The notes beneath the pieces are model-generated. The model had not been told where the DNA came from and made no database searches. It was given only the letters and a program-made list of their open reading frames with translations. This document shows, one piece after another, positions 18,341 through 25,103 of a DNA stretch of 25,103 nucleotides. Both the position numbers and the translations under genes were made by a program. Position 1 is the stretch's first letter. Each line of letters starts with the position of its first letter. Origin of the DNA: Clostridiales bacterium (GTDB lineage: Bacteria > Bacillota > Clostridia > Christensenellales > UBA1242); the NCBI GenBank assembly GCA_003453435.1, contig DMLH01000034.1, positions 1 to 25,103 on the forward strand, in the 5' to 3' direction.

Positions 18341-19783
18341 TTATTTGAAAAGATTACTTCTTTTTTGCATTAATAGTTTTTTGCTTAACTTATTTTTAAA
18401 ACTAACAAGCACAGGCTCTTCCGGCTTTTTTGCAAAATTATCATTTATGCTCATTATGTAATACCTAAGTTCGTCTAAACAATGGTCATCTTTTTTAATG
18501 GGCACATCATCATCTCCCCAAAAATATCCTTTAATTTCACGTATCATGTTTGGGCAGTTTTTGAAAATGAAGAGTTTTCTTTCACCATTGGAATTTTTAA
18601 TGTATTGTTTAACTTTTTGTATGCCGGGCAATAGTTCTTTTTTAACTTTTGGATTAGTTTTAATCCCGTTTTCAAAAAATAAGTCCACTACACTTTTTTG
18701 GCTTGCCAAGGTTTTTTGTAAGCCTGCACTATCAATAAGTGCAACCAATTTTCCGTCATAATCTTTAGGCCAATTTAATCTATCTGCAATTTTAAAAATT
18801 GCTTTTGCATGTTCTTCAATAGTCAAATTTTCCGCAAAATGCTCCGCAATTGCAAAAACATTATTCTCTTTATCTCTTGCGTAAAAATGGCAACTTAATG
18901 CATTTCTAAAGCCGGGGTCAATGCTAATCATGTCATAAAATTCTGGGCTTATATCAAAAGGTTCAATAATGTTTTCATCATCAAAATTAGAGTAAACTAA
19001 CCCGCCCGAAAAACTAAATTTTCCGTTGCATCTTGAATCCAACTCATCTTCACTCATTTGACTCATAAGTTTTTGAATTTCTTTTTGTTCTAAAAATGGG
19101 TTATCTTGCCATGATATGTTTTCATACCATACTTCGTCATCTTTTTTGCTGTTTAAATATATTTCATCATATACCCATGTTAAGCCTTTTAATGGAGTCA
19201 TTGTACCAAACAATTCACCACTTTTATCAAGCACCCTCATTTTGCACTCTAGGTAAATATCATATGGAGGTTCCTCATCAAACCAAACAAAATCTAAACT
19301 GGTTCCCTGAAATTTTTCTCTGCCTTGATCACAACTTTTAAAGCCCAAAACAGATATTCCACCAAAAACATTTTTAATATATATTTTATCTATTACGCCT
19401 GCCGACGGATTTTCTCTTTTGCCTGAAAGCATTACAATATCAACTATCCAATCCTTTGGTAAATAATGCAAAATTTTGCTTTGTGCAACATCTCTTTGAA
19501 CTTGAGTTGAAAGCGAAACAGCCCAACCGTTTACATCTTTTTTATTGTTTTTGTATGGATGGTTGCCTCTAAGTAGCCAAATTGTTTCCACCGCACCGCA
19601 CTCAGTTTTGCCAGTTCTATTACCACCAAAAACCCATCTGTTTTTTTTGTTGCACTTATGAAATTTTATTTGCTTTTGATGCACAATATTGCCTTTGTTG
19701 TACCGCATAAGTTTTGTATCATATCTTTTTTTTATTGTATATGCTAAGTCCAAAATTTTTCTTTTTTGTAAAGTTGTAATCAT
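18341..19783 (-). CDS. terL: Terminase large subunit (P22-like ATPase plus RNase H-type nuclease)
   Basis: Walker A GGNRTGKT, Walker B FVWFDEE, coupling motif TMTP, nuclease ISIDPG and DDHCLDELRY. RBS GGAG before ATG 19783. Confidence 0.93.
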   Translation of the reverse strand: MITTLQKRKILDLAYTIKKRYDTKLMRYNKGNIVHQKQIKFHKCNKKNRWVFGGNRTGKTECGAVETIWLLRGNHPYKNNKKDVNGWAVSLSTQVQRDVAQSKILHYLPKDWIVDIVMLSGKRENPSAGVIDKIYIKNVFGGISVLGFKSCDQGREKFQGTSLDFVWFDEEPPYDIYLECKMRVLDKSGELFGTMTPLKGLTWVYDEIYLNSKKDDEVWYENISWQDNPFLEQKEIQKLMSQMSEDELDSRCNGKFSFSGGLVYSNFDDENIIEPFDISPEFYDMISIDPGFRNALSCHFYARDKENNVFAIAEHFAENLTIEEHAKAIFKIADRLNWPKDYDGKLVALIDSAGLQKTLASQKSVVDLFFENGIKTNPKVKKELLPGIQKVKQYIKNSNGERKLFIFKNCPNMIREIKGYFWGDDDVPIKKDDHCLDELRYYIMSINDNFAKKPEEPVLVSFKNKLSKKLLMQKRSNLFK

Positions 19784-19791
19784 AAAACTCC

Positions 19792-19831
19792 AAAAAAAGC
19801 AAATCACATCATTTTATAATACAATTTGCTT
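19792..19831 (-). promoter_or_regulatory. Terminator-like hairpin / inverted repeat directly upstream of the terL RBS
   Basis: AAGCAAAT-N19-ATTTGCTT, extendable with G-U pairs, followed by a T7 tract and then GGAG. Confidence 0.5.
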
Positions 19832-19931
19832 AAATTTATTTTTAAAATATTAATAATTTTGTATTCCAAATTAACTATTATTAATTTGTTATTATAAGTA
19901 CAAATTATTTGTTCATAATATATTTATATAA

Positions 19932-20684
19932 ATGAAAAGAATTTTAGTTATAATTTCCGCTTTGGCTTTTGTTTTAATTGGTGTTTTTTTTGTAAAAACC
20001 AAACAAACTCAAGTTGCAAGTACAGAGCCTTTTACAAGCGGATATGCCAAAGTTTTAACCAATGATTGTTATTTGTTAAAAAGCCCTGATAAGTCTAGTG
20101 GCATTTTTTTGCTTGAACAAAGTTATTTTGTAAAAGTTTTAGAAGTGACAGATAATTTATACTTTAAAGTTCAGTATTTACAATTTGAAGGTTTTGTTGA
20201 AAAAAGTAAAGTAAGTTTTATAGAAGAATTTCCAAAAGAACCATACCTCGTAGGAATAACATTTGATATATATGATATAGGAAATGTGTGCTTAAGAAAT
20301 ACACCTGAAACACTTGATAATGATATGAACATATTATGCACAATTAAGGCTTCTACTAAAGATTTAACTTACTATGGAAAATGCACAGGAGAAGAAGCTA
20401 TTAAAGGTCTTGGAAATGTTTGGTATTATTGCGCATATCAGGATGAATATGGAAATTTAAACAAAGGATATATTTATTCTGCATTAACCAGAAATTTGTC
20501 TGCAATAACAAGTTCTAATGAATCATTAACACTAGTAAGTGTTCAAAATTTTAGACCAGTCGACAATTTGTTATACTTAAATTTATCAACAAAAAATATA
20601 CTTATAATTTTAACCGCACTGCCAACTTTATTTGTTTTATATTTATTTGTTAAGCCAAGCAAAATTTTAAACAAAAAAGATTAA
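19932..20684 (+). CDS. Membrane-anchored protein with two SH3b-like domains
   Basis: N-terminal signal/TM, YFKVQY..EGFVEKSKV and WYYCAY..KGYIYSALT patterns, C-terminal TM with basic tail. Confidence 0.7.
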   Translation: MKRILVIISALAFVLIGVFFVKTKQTQVASTEPFTSGYAKVLTNDCYLLKSPDKSSGIFLLEQSYFVKVLEVTDNLYFKVQYLQFEGFVEKSKVSFIEEFPKEPYLVGITFDIYDIGNVCLRNTPETLDNDMNILCTIKASTKDLTYYGKCTGEEAIKGLGNVWYYCAYQDEYGNLNKGYIYSALTRNLSAITSSNESLTLVSVQNFRPVDNLLYLNLSTKNILIILTALPTLFVLYLFVKPSKILNKKD

Positions 20685-21227
20685 TTACATTGCAAGTGCA
20701 CTGCTGTGTTTATACTGATTAATTGCCATGCCTAAAAAACTTAAATTTTGTATTTCTTCTTCTTTCAAATCTTTTTTATTATATGATTCATAAATTTCTA
20801 AAATCCAATTTTCATTTTTTAAAAGTTCATATAAACTTAATGCGTTATAACCTAAATGCTCTAGTGAACTCCACAAACTATCAAGACCAGCATTAATTTG
20901 TCTAAAATAAGTACGTGTTGATATTTTCATTATTTCACTTGCAAGTTTAGAATCAACACCATCCACATATTTAAGCATTAACACTCTTGCCAAAGATGTT
21001 TTAATTTTGGAAAGTGCATTATCAATTAATACTTTTAAATTAATTAAAAACTTTTTACGGTCTATTAAATTAATCATTTTATTTGCAACGTATTCGGCAT
21101 CGCAATAAGTATTGCAAGAACCCAGCCCGCAATTTAAAACGGTTTTATCAATTGCACCACAAATAGTTTCCAAGTGTGAATAACTAACCAGCAATGTTCT
21201 ACACCAATTTTTTTCTTCAATTTTCAT
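20685..21227 (-). CDS. RinA/ArpU/DUF1492-like transcriptional regulator (sigma-70 region 4-like HTH)
   Basis: RVLMLKYVDGVDSKLASEIMKISTRTYFRQINAGL fits the HTH pattern of phage late-gene activators. RBS AAGGAG. Confidence 0.65.
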   Translation of the reverse strand: MKIEEKNWCRTLLVSYSHLETICGAIDKTVLNCGLGSCNTYCDAEYVANKMINLIDRKKFLINLKVLIDNALSKIKTSLARVLMLKYVDGVDSKLASEIMKISTRTYFRQINAGLDSLWSSLEHLGYNALSLYELLKNENWILEIYESYNKKDLKEEEIQNLSFLGMAINQYKHSSALAM

Positions 21228-21275
21228 AACTACTCCTTATTTGTCTTAAACTTTGTAAAACGTCAAAACAACCTT

Positions 21276-21305
21276 ATTATAAATGATGATTTTTTTACTT
21301 GTCAA
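21276..21305 (-). promoter_or_regulatory. Consensus sigma-A promoter of the regulator gene
   Basis: TTGACA-18 nt-TATAAT. Confidence 0.8.
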
Positions 21306-21350
21306 AATTTTGTGACATAATTTTGTAAAATATTACATTTTTTTACAAAT

Positions 21351-21357
21351 TTCGACA
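21351..21357 (-). promoter_or_regulatory. Spo0A box
   Basis: Perfect TGTCGAA. Near-matches at 21261-21267, 21300-21306 and 21311-21317. Confidence 0.55.
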
Positions 21358-21393
21358 TGTGCTTGGTTTTTTTGATGTTTTAGCCCTGTTTTT

Positions 21394-21407
21394 CGAACAT
21401 CTGTTTG
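21394..21407. promoter_or_regulatory. LexA (Cheo/SOS) box
   Basis: CGAACATCTGTTTG versus the Firmicute consensus CGAAC-N4-GTTYG. Sits at the predicted start site of a second promoter, CTGACA-18-TATGAT. Confidence 0.7.
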
Positions 21408-21535
21408 AATAATATCATATAAAATGTGACAACTGTTTGTCAGCATTAAACATTTTTTTAACTTTTTTTTACTTTGGGTTATTGGAGTTTTATATATATT
21501 ATCTTTAAAATTGTAACTAATCAATTTTTCATGAC

Positions 21536-21566
21536 AAAAAAAGCAAATTAAAAATTAACTTGCTTT
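21536..21566 (-). terminator. Intrinsic terminator after ssb
   Basis: Minus strand AAAGCAAGTTAA-ttt-TTAATTTGCTTT followed by TTTT. Confidence 0.65.
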
Positions 21567-21597
21567 GATTGACTTAAAATTTATTTATTTATTTATA

Positions 21598-22266
21598 TTA
21601 CTCTGCACTACTATAGTTTTGCGCACTATAGTTATTAATATTATTAGTTATTACGTCATTAGTAATCAATTTAATAATGCTAATTTCGTATGCATTTTTA
21701 GTTTCTACCACATCATCACTAATCTTTTTTTGATATAGCCTTGATTGAATTCTGCCTACAATTGATAATGCCTCACCAACTTTCATATCTCTAACAAATC
21801 TGGCATTTCTACCCCACGCAATGCAAGGAATATAGTCCGATTTATTGTATGCCCTGTTTACCGCCAAAAGCACATCACTAATTTCTCTTTTAAATGGCGT
21901 TGTTCTAAACACTGGCTCCTTACAAATAAATCCATTAAGTTCAATTGTATTTGGATTTTCACTTAAATTGTTTTCTTCAATTTCTCTTACAAAAACTGTT
22001 AAAACTAATTTGCTTCTGCCATCTGTTTGCTTGTTATAACTTCTAAATTGGCCAGTTATGGTAATTGTATCATTTAATTTTATGCGATTGTCTATCAATC
22101 TTTCGCTGATTGTGACAGGAATTGTATCAAAACTTTCGCTAAGTCTTGGCACCTCAAGTAAAAACTCATAAAATTTTTCATCAAACACTTCGTGGCTAAA
22201 AACTGGCTCACTTACAATTTTCCCTCTTAAATATACTTTATTGTTGTTCATTTGTTCATAATCCAT
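21598..22266 (-). CDS. ssb: Clostridial tandem-OB-fold single-stranded DNA-binding protein
   Basis: Two SSB-like repeats (NKVYLRG..GQFRSYN and NTIELNG..SDYIPCIAWGRNA..GRIQSR). No acidic C-terminal tip. Confidence 0.88.
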   Translation of the reverse strand: MDYEQMNNNKVYLRGKIVSEPVFSHEVFDEKFYEFLLEVPRLSESFDTIPVTISERLIDNRIKLNDTITITGQFRSYNKQTDGRSKLVLTVFVREIEENNLSENPNTIELNGFICKEPVFRTTPFKREISDVLLAVNRAYNKSDYIPCIAWGRNARFVRDMKVGEALSIVGRIQSRLYQKKISDDVVETKNAYEISIIKLITNDVITNNINNYSAQNYSSAE

Positions 22267-22319
22267 AATTTAATCCTTCTTTATCTTTATATATTTTTGA
22301 TTTTTTTGCATTTTGTTGC

Positions 22320-23087
22320 TTATACTTTTCCAATTTGTTTGCCGTTATTGTCTATAATGTATTCGCCTTTAATAAGTAGTTCACCGATAGGCGTTATCTT
22401 GTATCCTCTTTTTATAAGTCTATCAAGCATAATAGGCAGTGCATCTAAAATATGGTCGCTGTTGTTGTGGCACAATATAATGCTTCCATTTCTTACACCA
22501 TTAAGCACTCTGTTGTTAATTTCCATAGCACTTAGCCCCTTCCAGTCAAGACTATCAACATCCCACTGAATTGTTGTAAGCCCTAAACTTTCGGCAACAC
22601 TTATTAAACTATCATTGTAAGCCCCAAATGGAGGTCTAAAAATTTTAACATCTTCGCCAGTTATGCTTTTAATTAAGTTCATGGACGTTTCAAGTTCAAA
22701 TTTTTGATTTTCACTTGATAGTTTTGTCATATCTGGATGAGTATTGCTATGTGTGCCTATTTCAAAACCGTTATCGTGTATTTTTTTAACCATTTCGGGA
22801 TATTTTTGCACCCAAAACCCTACTAAGAAAAACGTGGCTTTCACATTGAACTCATTGCAAATTTCAATTATTTTTTCCGTTTTATCGGCTCCCCAAGCGG
22901 CATCAAAACTTATTGCAACTTGCTTTTGCTCTGTGCCAACATAGTAAACGGGCACCTTTCTTAAACTATTGTTAAAATAAACGCTAGCAGCAACATTTCC
23001 TCCCATATTTACGCTAAGCAATATAGAAACCATTAAAATAAACAAAATGGCTCTTATTGTTTTAAACTTTACACAAAAAAAATGCAT
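22320..23087 (-). CDS. pdaB: Polysaccharide deacetylase, sporulation PdaB-like
   Basis: N-terminal TM, ISFDAAWG, KATFFLVG, HSNTHP, FRPPFG, WDVDSLDWK, IILCHN. Confidence 0.88.
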   Translation of the reverse strand: MHFFCVKFKTIRAILFILMVSILLSVNMGGNVAASVYFNNSLRKVPVYYVGTEQKQVAISFDAAWGADKTEKIIEICNEFNVKATFFLVGFWVQKYPEMVKKIHDNGFEIGTHSNTHPDMTKLSSENQKFELETSMNLIKSITGEDVKIFRPPFGAYNDSLISVAESLGLTTIQWDVDSLDWKGLSAMEINNRVLNGVRNGSIILCHNNSDHILDALPIMLDRLIKRGYKITPIGELLIKGEYIIDNNGKQIGKV

Positions 23088-23308
23088 AAAATCCTCACTT
23101 AAATTTTACTATATTAAGCAAGTTTTGAGATTGGCAAAAAAGATTGAAAAATATCATATTTTGTCGTATTTTGTAAAATCAAATTTTACTTGCTTAAATT
23201 ATTGTATGCTAATAAAAAAATATTTATGAAACCGATTATTTTTTATCCCATAAAGCAAAAATAATATACAATAGTTTTGCATTATGATATAATTTGGTCA
23301 GGTGAATT

Positions 23309-23719
23309 ATGGGAAATTTAGATAATAAAGAAATAGAAATGCTAATTAAAAGTGCTTTTGATGCACAAAAAAACAGTTATGCACCATATAGCAAATTTAA
23401 TGTTGGTGCTAGTTTGCTTTGCGAAAGCGGTAAAATATATGAAGGTGCTAACATAGAAAATGCAAGTTATCCTGCAGGCATTTGCGCAGAACGTGTTGTC
23501 TATTCAAAAGCAATTAGTGAGGGTGAAAAAGAATTTGTAGCAGTTTGTATAACCTGCTCTAACCCAGAAACCTACGCCTTTCCTTGTGGCGTTTGCAGGC
23601 AATTTATGAGTGAGTTTTCAGTTGACACAAAAGTAATTGTTGCAAAAAGTTTGGAGAAATTTGAAATTTACACATTAAATGAACTTTTGCCACACAACTT
23701 TAACAGTGAAAATTTATAA
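23309..23719 (+). CDS. cdd: Cytidine deaminase
   Basis: YAPYSKFNVGA, NIENASY, CAER, PCGVCRQ. Extended -10 TGATATAAT at 23285-23293. Confidence 0.95.
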   Translation: MGNLDNKEIEMLIKSAFDAQKNSYAPYSKFNVGASLLCESGKIYEGANIENASYPAGICAERVVYSKAISEGEKEFVAVCITCSNPETYAFPCGVCRQFMSEFSVDTKVIVAKSLEKFEIYTLNELLPHNFNSENL

Positions 23720-23752
23720 ATTAAAAATTTCTAAAGTTTTTTAAAACATAAA

Positions 23753-23794
23753 AAAAAATCTACATTTAGTTTATTACTAATATGTAGATTTTTT
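23753..23794. terminator. Bidirectional intrinsic terminator
   Basis: AAAAAATCTACAT..ATGTAGATTTTTT between convergent genes. Confidence 0.8.
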
Positions 23795-23807
23795 AATTTA
23801 TTAAGTT

Positions 23808-25103
23808 TTATTTCCACAAATATGTGAAGACAGATTTAATCTTTGTTCCTTTTTTACCAGCAAATGATTTACCCTTACTATTTCTGCTTTCTGTCGAAAT
23901 ATCATCTGTTGAAGTATAGTACAATTTATCCTTTGCATCTAGGGCAAATAGTTCAAATGTTTCTGTAACTTTTCTAGCATATATCAATTTTTTACCATTG
24001 TCACCAAGTGGCAAAATTTTGATACCCTTTCTGTTTCTACCAAGCACGCCAAATTCACTAACCTTTACGATCTTTGCAAAGCAACTATCCGTCACGAAAA
24101 CAAATTTATCGTTTTCATCAACTAGTGATGCCATAACAACACTGGCACCATCATCAAGTTTAATGCCTTTTACTCCACTGCTTGTTTTGGTTTGAGTTGG
24201 AACATCCGTTATGTCTGCATTTAGACCTATGCCATTTGATGCTACAAACATAAGAGTTTTATTTGGCTCAAATATTTCAACATTTAAAACTCTGTCACCA
24301 TCCTTCAACTTATATGCAACAGAAGTGTTCTTCTTTGTCTCAAATTCTGTCCATGCACATTTTCTTACAGTGCCTTGCTCTGTAATAAACAAAAGTTCTT
24401 TCTTTTTGAGTTCATTTTCGGCAAACATACCAACAATTTTTTCATCCTTAGAATAGCCAAGAAATAAATCACTAAGTAGAGAGCCTCTATCCTTCCACCT
24501 TGCTTCCAAAATATCATCAATAGCCACTTTGTACATATTGCCAAGATTGCTAAACAAAATGATATCAACATTAGTTTTTGTTTTTACAATAAACTTGTGA
24601 ACCTCATTAAGTGTGCTTGTTTTGGCAATGCTTCTGCTACTTATGTTAAATCCTTTTTCATATATCTTTTTCAAAGCATTTCTTTCGCTGTAGCAAACAT
24701 ATACATCTTTGATTGGCTTCAATTCTTCATCTTCTGCAATTTCAAAAGCGGTTTCATCTTTCAAAATGCTTGAACGTCTTTTAGATAGATTCGCAAGTTT
24801 AATTGCTTGCATTTCTTCTTTTACAACTTGATATTGTAATGTTTCACTTGCGAGTATCTTTTTATATTTTGAAATTTTTTTGTTTAATTCATTTAACTCA
24901 TCAGTAATTTTGTTAACTTCCAAACTAGTTAAACGAGCAAGCCTCATATCAAGTATTGCCTGAGCCTGCCTTTCGGTAAGGAAAAACCTTTTCATAAGTC
25001 TTTCTCTCGCTTCCGCTGTACTATTACTTGTTTTAATAATTTTTACAACTTCATCAATATTTTTTACTGCAATTAAAAGTCCAGATAAAATTTCTGCCCT
25101 ATC
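23808..25103 (-). CDS. Type IIA topoisomerase subunit A, C-terminal part (ParC-like; 5' end outside the window)
   Basis: Frame open to the window edge (DRAEILSGLLIAVKNIDEVVKIIK), QAQAILDMRLARLT, beta-pinwheel repeats. No canonical GyrA box in the first blade. Confidence 0.88.
   Translation of the reverse strand, partial: DRAEILSGLLIAVKNIDEVVKIIKTSNSTAEARERLMKRFFLTERQAQAILDMRLARLTSLEVNKITDELNELNKKISKYKKILASETLQYQVVKEEMQAIKLANLSKRRSSILKDETAFEIAEDEELKPIKDVYVCYSERNALKKIYEKGFNISSRSIAKTSTLNEVHKFIVKTKTNVDIILFSNLGNMYKVAIDDILEARWKDRGSLLSDLFLGYSKDEKIVGMFAENELKKKELLFITEQGTVRKCAWTEFETKKNTSVAYKLKDGDRVLNVEIFEPNKTLMFVASNGIGLNADITDVPTQTKTSSGVKGIKLDDGASVVMASLVDENDKFVFVTDSCFAKIVKVSEFGVLGRNRKGIKILPLGDNGKKLIYARKVTETFELFALDAKDKLYYTSTDDISTESRNSKGKSFAGKKGTKIKSVFTYLWK

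Larger units (their letters stand above)
10558..19783 (-). mobile_element. Phage-derived packaging/head/short-tail-base/holin cluster with no integration or replication genes (GTA-like candidate or prophage remnant)
   Basis: 12 co-oriented open ORFs from terL to holin, bounded by host-type genes on both sides. Confidence 0.85.

Noticed and set aside
21333..21524. 63-aa minus-strand ORF
   Set aside because: No RBS or recognisable motif, and it overlaps the promoter and operator region.
10362..21600. Complete prophage, PICI or capsid-forming satellite
   Set aside because: No integrase, repressor, primase or replication gene in or beside the cluster, and no flanking att-like direct repeats noticed by eye.
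23808..25103. Call as gyrA
   Set aside because: No QRRGGKG-type GyrA box in the first pinwheel blade. ParC-like is more likely, but the N-terminus is outside the window.
1..25103. CRISPR array, tRNA, rRNA or IS element
   Set aside because: No repeat-spacer periodicity, cloverleaf, rRNA-like sequence or transposase seen.

Overview
AT-rich chromosomal segment of a spore-forming Firmicute, probably Clostridia (intact sigK, pdaB, tandem-OB ssb). Housekeeping and sporulation genes (Nudix, DUF3343, cysteine desulfurase, sigK, hemW, DUF805, HIT, rnj, pdaB, cdd, parC/gyrA-like) flank a compact 9.2-kb minus-strand cluster of apparently intact podovirus-like virion genes at 10558-19783. The cluster encodes TerL, a TerS lacking its N-terminal HTH, a small Zn-finger protein, portal, scaffold, major capsid, adaptor, nozzle-like protein and two holins. 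I see no integrase, repressor, replication genes, tail fibre or endolysin. A RinA/ArpU-like late-gene regulator lies nearby, and its upstream region carries a consensus sigma-A promoter, a LexA (Cheo) box and a perfect Spo0A box. The best reading is a host-domesticated, gene-transfer-agent-like packaging system tied to SOS and sporulation control. This is an inference, and a degraded prophage is the main alternative. An unidentified structured RNA candidate lies downstream of rnj. All family assignments come from motif recognition by eye; no database searches were run.
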